Below are positions 43,446-56,500 of a stretch of 64,000 nt of DNA, piece after piece. Position 1 is the stretch's first letter. Each line of letters starts with the position of its first letter. Where the stretch lies: NCBI RefSeq assembly GCF_009914755.1, contig NC_060927.1. One strand, written 5' to 3'. The DNA comes from the human T2T-CHM13v2.0 reference genome, Homo sapiens. Position numbers and translations under genes: made by a program. The notes under the pieces were generated by a model. That model was given only the letters and a program-made list of their open reading frames with translations. It did not search any database and had not been told where the DNA came from.

Positions 43446-43780
43446 TATCTATTTTTTCATTTTTATATATTTATTTTTTTTGAGATGGAGTCTCACTCTG
43501 TTGCCCAGGCTGGAGTGCAGTGGCATGGTCTTGGCTCACTGCAGCCTCTGCCTCCTGGTTCAAGTGATTCTCCTGCCTCAGCCTCCCGAGTAGCTGGGAC
43601 TACAGGTGTGCACCACCACACCCAGCTAATTTTTGTTGTTGTTGTTATTGTTGTATTTTTTGTAGAGACAGGGTTTTACCATGTTGGCCAGGCTGGTCTT
43701 GAACTTCTGACCTCAGGTGATCCGTCTGCCTTGGCCTCCCAAAGTGCTGGGATTACAGGCAAGAGCCACTGCACCCAGCC
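43446..43780 (-). mobile_element. Alu (AluSx-like) with (GTT)n-expanded linker
   Basis: TSD CTGTCAACTTCT at 43434-43445 and 43781-43792. Confidence 0.96.
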
Positions 43781-43919
43781 CTGTCAACTTCTAATGATAT
43801 AATGTTGGTGGTGATGGTAAATTATTTGGATTTGGGGAAAAGGTGTGGTTAAGGTGAAGCAGTTTGGAGGTGGGGTAAGGTAGGGGGAGGTGAACAGCTA
43901 CCACTCATCCATCTCTGAC

Positions 43920-44080
43920 CCTGTGCCATACTGCTTATTTATTCATCCACAAATCCTGCAAGATAAGAATCACCCCTATTTTGCAAGGAAGGAAAGGAAA
44001 CTGAGCTTGAGTAACTTGATCACAGTCTCTCGACTCATAAGCATCTTTGTTGGTAAACACCCAGGTCTGTTTAAAGCTGT
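43920..44080 (-). mobile_element. MIR
   Basis: CCCCTATTTTGCA...GGAAACTGAGCTTGAGTAACTTG...AAACACCCAGGTCTG. Confidence 0.6.
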
Positions 44081-44281
44081 GCTTGTAACAAACATACCAC
44101 ATATGTTCTCCAAGACGGTAGGTAATGTGGGCTGTTTTTCAGTGAAACGTCTGCCATGCATTTTCACCATGATGTTGCTTTTTATTGATTTCATTTGGGA
44201 AGTTTAGGGAGAAGTAGGAGGGACACTTGGGAAATAGAGGCATTTGTGCCTTCAAGCAGTTCACTCGGGGCACCTGCATGA

Positions 44282-44600
<319 letters not shown>

Positions 44601-45922
44601 CCTGAGTTAGATTTATACCTCAAATGTTTTCTGGGTAAAAGAGGGTCCTAGGAAGGACAGACACTATTAGGTTTAATTGCTGTGAAATTAATTGCTAGCT
44701 GTTCATCTGCGCTGCTGCTTTGTTTTAACATCAAAGTTGACAAAGTCTCCACGGTGTAGTAGAGAGAGGTCTTTGTGAAGAAAGCTCCTTGCCAGCTGTG
44801 GGCATTGACAGGAAGGCACTCTCTTCCTAAACCTTGTAACTGATATTGCTTTTGCGGTCTCAGGTAAGAAGGAGAAAAAGGGTAAAAGTTTACTGTAGAT
44901 TCTTTAGAAAGCCTATGGCATTTTTGAAGTCATAATAAAAGATAGATTCCAGTGGATCTCCTAGAGGCTCTCTGTGTTAACTGGCATTGTTTAAGTGTAA
45001 CATGTCTTCAGCTTTAGGCTCCTTAGCCTTTCAAGGGCCCTTCTGTCAAGCTGATGGGCTACCATGCCAGAAATGAAGTCCGATATTAAAATGTTTGTTC
45101 AACAGAAGGTGGATGGAGAGCAGCATTTTCAAGTAATGGGCAATAAATCATGGAATTGGAGAAGTTACTCAAATTTTGGTAATGTGCCCAAAGACCCTGG
45201 CCATGGCCTTATGACTGAGACATGCATATAAGTGGTGGTTCTTGGCCTTAGGGTGCTAGGAATTGGTTGATTGGATGTGTGCTTTAAATAGATGATATTA
45301 TTGGTTCAAAATAAAATGATGGGGTGAGAACTGTAAATGCCTCCTAGACCATATTCTGGGTCTTTTTTATGGAGTTGTAGATAGAGCAGATTTTGAGATA
45401 AGTATTCATTTAGTTAAAGGTGTTGTCATGAAATTCCTTCTCAAGGAGTTGACTTGAGCTAACTTGCATGTTAACAAATACCACTGTTCTGGCTTTCCAC
45501 CATCCTGTATGAATATGGAAGTTACATAGAAATAAAACATTTAAGTTTTCTTAGCGTTTAAAGCACTAAACTGTAACATATCTGGTTAATACTTTAGTAT
45601 TGTGTGCTTTCCTATTAATATGACTTTTTTCCCAAGTAAAAGATGTTTTCTCCTGTCTTCCTCTCTGATCAGGGAAAAGAAAACAGTTTCTGTTTTTCTT
45701 TGGAGAGCTCTTCAGGGGATCTTTTTAAGGATTGACTCAACTTTAGGAATTTTTCAGTTGAGCTGACATTCATTGCAATGTGTTTGTGGTTTAGCATGGT
45801 TCAAAGTATTTATCATCTCAAGTCTCTTTGACCACAAGGGTAGAAAGAAATATTCGCACACTTGCCCCAAAGTGCAAGTGTGCACTTAAGTAGATTGTCA
45901 ACTACTTAAAAAATGTATTTTT

Positions 45923-46237
<315 letters not shown>

Positions 46238-46424
46238 TTAAAGACAAATGAAAATTCAAATCTTCAGACTATTGGAAGCAGGGAATTGTTATCAGAAGTG
46301 AGGAAGCAGAGCTGACCATTAAAGTTTTTTACTACTATCTTGAAATTGTATGGTAAGAAAAAAAAAATGGGTAGCAACCTTTTGCCAGGTGTGACAATTT
46401 CTACCTGATCTGTTAAATTTAGTA

Positions 46425-46764
46425 CAGTAGTCCACCCTTATCTGCGGTTTTGCTTTCTGTGGTTTCAGTTATCTGCAGTTGCCTGCATTCTGAAAATAGG
46501 TGAATATAGTATGATAGTATATTTTGAGAGAGAGAGACCAAAACTATATTCACATAACTTTTATTACTGTTTGCTGCTATACCTGTTCTATCTTAGTGGT
46601 TATTGTTAGTCTCTTACTGTGCCTAATTTATAAATTAAACTTTATCATGGATATAGTTGTATAGAAAAACCACAGTGTATATAGAGCTCAGCTCCATCCA
46701 TGGTTTCAGGCATCCACTAGGGGTCTCAGAATGTATCCCCCTCAGATAAGGAGTGGGTCTGCTT
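46425..46764 (+). mobile_element. MER44A (TcMar-Tigger) near full length
   Basis: TA|CAGTAGTCCACCCTTATCTGCGG start; TGCCTAATTTATAAATTAAACTTTATCAT; TTCAGGCATCCACTAGGGGTCT...GATAAGG end. Confidence 0.92.
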
Positions 46765-46954
46765 TATATTATTTTCCAAAAATTGCGTTTGTTATATAAA
46801 AATCCATGTTGCCAAAGTTTTTAAGCTCTGTGTTTTCAAAAGTAGTTTAAATACTATAAAAGTGCTTATTCTACTCAGTCATTGGGGAGAGTATTTCTGG
46901 ATCAGTAGAGAAAAGGGAAATTGCAAGTACATGAAAAGCTTCCCCTTATTTTTT

Positions 46955-47140
46955 TTGTGATGTAGGCACTGGAGGTACAGATATAAACAAGATGTGGAAC
47001 CTCCCTTCAAGGAATTCATAATCCAGTGACAAAGAGGGAAATGTAAATAATCAATTGCTGTAAAATGATATAGATGCTCTGATTGTAGCCTGGATTGGAG
47101 GCAGTGGGAGCCACATATAGGGAGTGATCAATTCTGCAAA
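46955..47140 (-). mobile_element. L2 fragment
   Basis: TAGGCACTGGAGGTACAG...CCCTTCAAGGAATTCATAATCCAGTG. Confidence 0.6.
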
Positions 47141-47169
47141 GGTAAGATTTCGGTCAAAAATCTATAGTC

Positions 47170-47483
47170 AGCTGGGTGCCGTGGCTCACACCTATAATCC
47201 TAACACTTTGGGAGGCTGAGGTGGGCAGATTGCTTGAACCCAGGAGTTCAAGACCAGCCTTGGCAACATGGCTAAACCTCATCTGTACAAAAAATACCAA
47301 AAAAATTAGCTGGGTATGGTGGCGTGTGTCTGTAGTCCTAGCTACTTTGCAGGCTGAGGCAGGAGGATCACCTGAGCCTGGGGAGGTCAAGGCTGCAGTG
47401 AGCCGTGATTGTGCCATTGCACTCCAGTCTGGGTGACAGAGTGAGACCCTGTTACACACGCACATACACACACACACACACAC
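47170..47483 (+). mobile_element. Alu (AluJ-like) with tail converted to (CA)n
   Basis: TSD AAATCTATAGTC at 47158-47169 and 47484-47495. Confidence 0.96.
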
Positions 47484-47744
47484 AAATCTATAGTCTAGAG
47501 GAAGTTATAAGGCACATAGGTGTAATGCTTATAATTGATAGGAAGTGATGAGTATGAAAGCAGGTTGACAGATAAAGTGCTCTTTGTTTCTAGAGAAAGA
47601 AATCACTTCTGTTCTAGGATATTAGGGAAGGCCTCAGTGAGGAGGATGATAATTTTGCTATATGTTCAGCAGCCATTTTCAGATGAGATCAGGCACGTTC
47701 AGGGTGGCATGGCCATAGACACAGCAGCCATTGTCAGTTTGCAA

Positions 47745-47900
47745 AGAGCTTTCAAGTACATCATCTGCTAGTTATTTGGAAACCCTGGGAGGAAGTTGTG
47801 ATAATTTAGATAATGACCCAGAGAGGTAGGGCAACATACCAAGGGCCACCCAGCAAGTGATGATGTAAGCATGTGTTTAAGTTGAGCATTTCTGACCAAT
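47745..47900 (-). mobile_element. MIR (degenerate)
   Basis: GACCCAGAGAGGTAGGGCAACATACCAAGGGCCACCCAGCAAG. Confidence 0.55.
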
Positions 47901-47964
47901 TATTTCACAAAGAACTAGAGTCATTACATCACTTTCCTTCATCCCCTTCATCCCCCTCCCCTCC

Positions 47965-48476
47965 CTGCCCATGGCATCACATTACATGTAGGATAAAGCT
48001 TTCACTCTGGACCATGTTCTGCAAGATTCCACATGATCCAGCTTCTGTCTTTCTTCCAGGACTAGCCTTCTTGCTTACCTTGCATGCCGGCTGTTTCCAG
48101 AATTTATGAAACTTTTTTCCACCCCAGGGTTCTTACACATGCTGTTCAGTTACACAGAAAGAGTCATCCCCACCATCCTTCTTCTTGATTTGGCGCATTG
48201 TTAGAATGTCACCTCCTTAGGGAGACTTCCCTGATCTTTGTATCTAAAGCACATCCCATCCTCCCATGAGCCTGCATCTCTCTTCTCTGTTTTATGTTTG
48301 TTATGGCACTTAGCACTATCAGAAGTTGTCCTTATTGTTCATTTGTATGTTGTCTTGTATTCCCAACTGGAGTGTGAGTTTCATGATGGGAGTGGCAGGG
48401 ATTCTTTGTTCACTACTGTTTCCCCCAGCACTTGAGATATAGGAAGCACTTGGTAAGCATTTGTTAATCAAATAAA
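47965..48476 (+). mobile_element. L2 3' portion
   Basis: AATGTCACCTCCTTAGGGAGACTTCCCTGA...GTGAGTTTCATGA...TTGTTCACTACTGTTTCCCCCAGCAC...GCATTTGTT. Confidence 0.8.
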
Positions 48477-49010
48477 GGAACCTGTAGTAGCTTAGGGTAC
48501 AATTACAAGTGGTTTTCCAAGAGCCAGAAATGAAAGTCATTGGGATGAGTTATAGATGCAGCTTATGGATTGGAAATTTGGAATGTATTTGGGACAAAAT
48601 GATGTGAAACATTTTAATTTAATTTTTGGATTGTTCATTGCTAATGTATAAAAATACGATTGATTTTTTGTATATTTATCTTGTATCCTTCAACCTTGAT
48701 GAACTCGTTTATGATCTCTGATAGTATTTTTTGTGGATTCCTTAAGATTTTCTGTATACAAGATTATGTCATTTGCAAATAGAAATAGTTTTACTTATTC
48801 TTTTCCAATCTGGATGCCTTTTATTTCTTTTTCTTGCCTAATTGCTCTGGCTAGAACCTCAGTGTAGAAGTGAGGTGGCCTCCAAAATAGAAGTGGTGAG
48901 ATCAGACATCTTTATCTTGTACCTTATCTTAGGAGGAAAAATATATAGTCTTTTACTATTGAGTATGATGTTAGCTGTGAGTTTCTAATAGATACCCTTT
49001 TTCAGGTTGA

Positions 49011-49394
<384 letters not shown>

Positions 49395-49395
49395 T

Positions 49396-49685
49396 GTTTT
49401 TTGAGACAGAGTCTCCTACTGTCATCTGGGCTGGAGTGCAGTGGTGCGATCTCGGCTCACTGCAGCCTCCGCCTCCCAGGTTCAAGCGATTCTTCTTGCC
49501 TCAGCCTCCCAAGTAGCTGGGATACAGGTGCCTACCACCACGCCCGGCTAATTTTTTTGTATTTTTAGTAGAGACGGGGTTTCAGTATGTTGGCCAGGCT
49601 GGTCTCGAACTCCTGACCTCACGATCTGCCACTTTGACCTCCGAAAGTGTTGGGATTACAGGCGCGTGAGCCACCGTGCCCGGCT
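49396..49685 (-). mobile_element. Alu (AluSg-like)
   Basis: Reverse dimer directly adjacent to the previous Alu. Confidence 0.95.
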
Positions 49686-50499
49686 GTGTGTGTGTGTTTT
49701 TTTTTTAAACCATGAAGTTGTGTTGGATTTTATCAAATGCTTTTTCTGTGGAAACCTAAACTTTTAGGCTACAGTTCTTTTTAAAGCAGGTAGCAGGACA
49801 GAACTTCTTGACCACCACTCAGCAGAGGTTTGAAAGTTTCCCCTCTTCTCCTGTGAGGTCACTAAGCATTTGTTACAGAGTTAACCGAGAAGAATGCCTG
49901 TGCTTATCCTCTGGGAACAACTGTAATGATGGGATGTTTCTCTATAAGTCTGAGAAATAAACTGCTGGAATGTGATGCCATATCTGATATGCTGTGTTTG
50001 TTTTGCCAGTGTAATACTGTCACAACACTGTTGAGTGAGCTGATTTCAAGCTGTTGATATAGTTCAGACCTTGGCAGTTCTCTAATCTCCTTGACACTTC
50101 AGTGTTTGATTGCATTCGTTTGCCCTGCAAATAGTCGACAGTGTAAGTGATCTCAAAGTGAGAATATATCTAAAGTCTGTATTTGTAATAGACAAGGTTT
50201 GAAGGAAAGCTGAGACCTTGTTAAATTCACATATGGACTTCCTGAGCATGCAATAAAGACTTAACTTCTACTTGATGGAGCCTGTCAAACAGCCATATTA
50301 CAGGCATGATTTGGTTGCATGGGACTTCTATTCTTAATGTTAAAATAAAATCCAATAAAATGAGTTGGCGAAAATCAAGCTGTCATGGAGTTGCTAAAAA
50401 TCTTGTTCCAATGAAATGCTATGAGAAAGGCCTTATCATTATGCTGTTTAGTTTTTACCAATTACCCTATAAAGTATTAATTTATATATATATTATATA

Positions 50500-50794
<295 letters not shown>

Positions 50795-51324
50795 ATATTA
50801 TTAATACTATTATTATTGTTGACTTCTTTTTACAAAACAGAAAGCTTGAGTCTTAGGCTGATTGCTTCCCTAAGGCTTAGATGGCCTATGGATTTGATTC
50901 CAGGTAGCCTATCTCCACATTTTGTACTCTTGAACATTTTCTAATTTATTTACTAATTCCTCAGTCACGTAAATGTCATCCATGAAAAATATTAGAGTTT
51001 TGGTATCTCAGAGATGGTTCCTTAGAGCTCTCAGCCCTAAATGGAAACACATCTTTTTGATAGTGTGTTTTATTTTCCAAATCCCAAGAATCTGTGAAAT
51101 TAGTAGTGTTCTTGACCAACAGTTAGATAGCCTCTGCTTGAATGCTTCTAATAACTGGAGAGCTCACCACTTCATGGTGACAACATTTTTCATTCTTGCA
51201 TAAATTCTTCCTAAATTTGAGCTATCCTGAAGGTCAGTTTAGCTTTCCTATCGTCTAAAGTACTGTATATTGCTGTCTGAAAACACACAGACAACTAAAT
51301 GCTCCAGTTGCTTTTTTTCCCTTT

Positions 51325-51925
<601 letters not shown>

Positions 51926-52404
51926 CTTTTTTTTTGTATGAAACACTGCTCTGTCTGCTCCTGCACTGTGATGATTTTTTGATTAATCTCATGTAGTATT
52001 TTACTTGGTAAAATCTCATACTGTTGGTATTAGTCTGGTTCCGCCTTGCTGGAAGTTTGAAATTTTGATTCTTTGATTGATCATATGATTTGTTCATTTC
52101 AACCTTGGGTACTATGCCAATTGGTTAAATCTCCATTCTCTGTCCTCATCCATGTCAGTGATCAGTATACTGATTGCTGAGTGGTGTGGCCTCTCTGCCA
52201 CATAGCTTATTGCTGTGGAGGAAAGAGAGTCTTCTCTTAGCCATTGTTCTGTGTGGAGTTGGCGGACTAACACATTTTTATATTCATATGCAATATTTTC
52301 AATTCTAAAAATCCTTATGTTTGTACCAGAACTAAGATGTCCTGGCATTATGGAATTATTCATGTCAGTTGCCTATCTCTGGTCAGGTAGTTAGTTGTGA
52401 CATC

Positions 52405-52615
52405 CAGCAGCTCAGACTACAATTTGAATTCTGGCTCTTGTCCCACTTATTATCAGAATGACCTTTGGCAAATGACTTGAAGGTTAACTTGGGTAATTTT
52501 CTCATCTGGATAATGCGGATAGTAGAAGGACTTAACCTCATAAGGTTTTTGAGAGGACTGAGTGAAGCAGTCCCCACAATACACCATCATGTGCTGGGCA
52601 TGTTGGTAAGGGCTG
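52405..52615 (+). mobile_element. MIR
   Basis: TTTGAATTCTGGCTCT...TGACCTTTGGCAAATGACTT...CTCATCTG...ACCTCATAAGGTTTTTGAGAGGA. Confidence 0.7.
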
Positions 52616-53690
52616 GATTTCAAGGATGAAAACAGAGGCCAGAGAACTTTCTGTGGCTTTCTGAATGTCAAAACTGAGACTGTGCAGATCAAGCAGAACG
52701 CTTTCTGTTCCTTCCAAGGCTTGTTCCCTTCAGGTTTCAGTTTCAGACGGAAGCGAAGTTGTTTGTGATGCCGGAGCACACACCTGCGGGAACTGTAGAC
52801 TTCTTAGGAGTCCACCGGGGTTGCGTCGCATTGCTTCCACGCCTCTGTCCTCACCAGTGTTGCCAACTGTGGATTTGTGTGTGTGTGTTTATCGTTGTTG
52901 GCCATGCACCAGAAACAGAGATATCAGTCACATTTAAACTCTGCTGCCCAGGAAACTCCTGCCTACAAACCCAGCCCAGCCCTTTGAGAACCTCACCGAC
53001 CAAGTGAGTGATATGTTGAGAGATGAGCATAGCCATCTTACCATTCATGTCTGTGAATTATTATTTATTCAGACTGGATCTCGTTAAGAGAACTGTGTGT
53101 AATCTTAGCATGATAATCGGATTCCACTTATCACTTGGAACTGTGACTCACTTTTGGAATTTTAAGGACGTAATTACAAAAAAAATTCTTGGTTATCTTT
53201 TAAAAAGGAGTCTGTTGTCCTTAGACTTGTTAACTCTTCAACTGCTGTTTTCCAAATCGTGGTACAAAGTTATTATTTGCAGGTATTCCCAAGTGGCCTT
53301 ATAAAAACCAAAAAGGCTTCTTGCTAATTCTCTTCAGATGCTGATATAGAAATGACACTGATTTTTTTCTTTTTAGTATTTAAGAGCACCCACTAGAAGG
53401 ATATTTAATATTTGTATGTAGTTTTTTTTTTCCTGTTATGTTAAGCAGAATTTCAGGACCTTGCTGTAGAGCAGCATCTCTCCATTTAAGTAATGTGTAG
53501 ACCCCTTTTCAAAGGGGAAAGCACCTTGCAAGAACCCTGTGAATTGTACCAAACCCAACAAACATAAGGTAAACCTAAGGTTTACATGCAAGTCTCTTTT
53601 GATTGCCAGTTATCAGGGTTCTTGCCTGGCTTGTTGTTCATAAATGGGAATATTTTATTTTTAGATTATCATAGAATTGAAAAAAAAATC

Positions 53691-53735
53691 TTCCCAAGTA
53701 GCTGGGACTACAGGCACACACCACCATGCCTGGCT

Positions 53736-53771
<36 letters not shown>

Positions 53772-53889
53772 GGGTAGAGGGATTTCCCTATGTTGAACAG
53801 GCTAGTCTTGAACTCCTAGCCTCAAGTGATCTGCCTGCCTTGACCTCCCAAAGTGCTGGGATTACAGGCGTGAGCCACCGTGCCCAGCC
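53691..53889 (-). mobile_element. Partial Alu with long T-run linker
   Basis: Starts abruptly at TTCCCAAGTAGCTGGGAC; T-run 53737-53770. Confidence 0.9.
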
Positions 53890-53890
53890 T

Positions 53891-55135
53891 TGCCATGCCT
53901 ACTTTTTAATAAGGTTGTTTTTTGCTTGTTCAGTTGTTTAAATTCCTTATAGATTCTGGATATTAGATATTGGTCAGATGCATATTTGCAAATATTGTCT
54001 CCCATTCTGAAGGTTGTCTGTTTACTCTGCTGATATTTTTCTTTTGCTGTGCAGAGCCCTTTAGTTTAATTAGGTCCAGTTGTCTGTATTTGTTTTTATT
54101 GCAATTGCTTTTGAGGACTTAGTCATAAATTCTTTTCCAAGGCTGATGTTTATAATGGTGTTTCCTAGGTTTTCTTCTAGGATTCTTATAGTTCCTGATC
54201 TTACATTTAAATCTTTAATCCATCTTAATTTTCATATGTGGTGAAAGGGAGGTGTTCACTTTCATTCCGCTGCATATGGCTAGCCAGTTATCCCAGTATC
54301 ATTAATTGAATAGATAATCCTTTCCCTATTGTTTATTTTTGTGGACTTTGTTGAAGATCAGATGGCTATCAATGTATGGCTTTATTTCTGGGTTCTCCAT
54401 TCTGTTCCATTGGTGTATGTGTTGGTTTTTGTAATAGTACCATGCTGTTTTCGTCACTGTAGCCTTATAGCATAGTTTAAAATTAAGTAATGTGATGCAT
54501 CTAACTGTGTTCTTTTTGCTTAAGATTGCTTTGGCTATTCGGGATCTTTTTTGGTTCCATATGAATTTTAGAATAGTTTTTGTTTTAATTTTGTGAAAAA
54601 TGATATTGGTAGTTTGATAGGAATAGTGTTAAATCTGTACATTGCTTTGGGCAATATGGTTGTTTTAACGATATTGATTCTTCCAATCCATGAGCATGGG
54701 AGGTTTTTCCATTTGTTTGTGTCATTTGTGATTTTTTTCAGCAGTATTTCGTACTTCTTGTAGCAATCTTTCACCTGCTTGATTAGATGTATTCCTAGGT
54801 ATTTTATTCTTTTTTGTGGCTATTGTAAATGTGATTGCGTTCTTGATTTGGCTGTCAGCTTGAACATTATTGGTCTATAGAAATGCTACTGGTTTTTATA
54901 CATTAATTTTGTATCTCGAAACTTCATACTGAAGTTGTTTATCAGTTCCAGGAGCGTTTGTCTTTAGGGTTTTCTAGTTATACAGTCATATCAGTGAAGA
55001 GAGATAGTTTGACTTCTTTTCCTATTTGGATGCCTTTTCTTTCTTTCTCTTACCTGATTGTTCTGGCTAGGACTTTCAGTACTATATTGAATAGGAGTGT
55101 TGAAAGTGGGTGTCCCTGTCTTTTTCCTATTCTGT
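53891..55135 (-). mobile_element. L1 (L1PB/L1MA-type) ORF2 fragment
   Basis: ORF 54568..54774 gives [36 protein letters not shown], a clear L1 ORF2p motif; frame broken by stops. Confidence 0.95.
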
Positions 55136-55624
55136 TTTTCATTCAATAAAAACTCAACACATACTAAGTATGGAGTGGTATATACCTTTGAAAGCATTAC
55201 AGACACTACGTTTCTCTTTAACTGGGTTTGCATTCCACTGGAGACTTTCACTGCTTTGCCTCTTGCTTTAAACTCTTACCAGCCAGATATTTTCCTTTCT
55301 TGATCTACCCTCTTAAGAGTCCTGCCCATTGTCCATGATTGACAGCTTGGTTTCCTGATTGAGTGCTTTATGTGAACATGAAAATTCATAGCATCCTTAA
55401 GGGAGAAATGTAGTTGATGGGCAAAGAACAGACAACAATCAGTCTTTTCCCAAAATGAAAGCCGCCCTCTGGAGAGATCAGAGTAGGTCCTGGGGTATAC
55501 ACCTGGGGCCATTTCCAACACTAAAATGGGCTTTCTCTCCAGTGTATATGTGTTGATCCTCCTCCTCCTCCTCCTCTTCTTTCTCCTGATGAACACAACT
55601 TGTAGAACATAAACCAAGGATCAG

Positions 55625-55790
55625 GCTCTATACCAGGTGCTTTTTGCACATTACCATATTTAATCCCCGTAAGACCCCAAAAGGGAGGTACTCTTATCCC
55701 ATTTAACAGATGAAGCAAATGTCTTAAAGGAAAGATGTTAGCTGTTTTAAAAGCCTTGTGGCTAGCAAGGGTCTGAGCTGTCTGATCAGA
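55625..55790 (-). mobile_element. MIR
   Basis: TATACCAGGTGCT...ATTTAATCCCC...TTATCCCATTTAACAGATGAAG. Confidence 0.65.
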
Positions 55791-56394
55791 GTCTAATGGT
55801 TGCCATTAAGCAGTCTTCACCCTTTTCATGATGCAAAATGGACTTTCAGGTTTAAAGAAACGAAGTCTAACACAAACTGCAGTTATTTAAAAGGCAATGT
55901 AGTAATTTAATCAAGATCCACTTGCTTTTGGATATTTCACGTTTCTACTTCTGGTTTCTTCTTGGATCACTTTCTGAATATAATGGATCTGGAGTACAGG
56001 GCCACAGCCTTTAGAGTTTCTTTTCTCTTCCCTCAGTGTTTTAAGTGGGAAGGTGTTTGCCCATCAGAAGAGAAACTGTTGGATTGCATGGTGCCCCTTG
56101 CTGTTTGAGGTGCCTCTGAGGAACTTGGTGTGGAGATAGGAGGAGATCAGGAGAAGATTCTTCGAGCTTCGGCTAGAAGATGTCCAGGCAGGTTATCTTC
56201 TAACTACATGCAACTAGAGGCATATTTACAGAGAATAATCTGAAGCTTGACTCTTTGATCATCAACTCCTTGGAGTAGCCTGTTAGCTCTTAAATACTCT
56301 CAGTTCTAGTGAAACAAATAAAATTCCTACCTCCCCCTCCACCGTTCCTTCCTCCTCCTCTCTCCAGATTTCCTCCCCCTCCCTCCCTGAAATA

Positions 56395-56500
56395 TATATA
56401 GAATACCCACCATCAAGCATTGTTCTTGGCTCTGGGGATGCAGCAGTGAATGGAAACAGATGAAGTCCCTGTCCTTATGGGATGTTTCTATTGGGGAACA
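56395..56500 (-). mobile_element. L2 3' fragment
   Basis: GGCTCTGGGGATGCAGCAGTGAA...GTCCCTGTCCTTATGG. Confidence 0.6.

Noticed and set aside
50008-50032. TAATACTGTC (miR-200b/429-like 5' end) inside a short CAGTGT/ACACTG stem
   Set aside because: Match is only 10 nt and there is no pre-miRNA-length hairpin
54568-54774. ORF with genuine protein similarity
   Set aside because: It is a broken L1 ORF2p fragment, reported as a mobile element rather than a CDS
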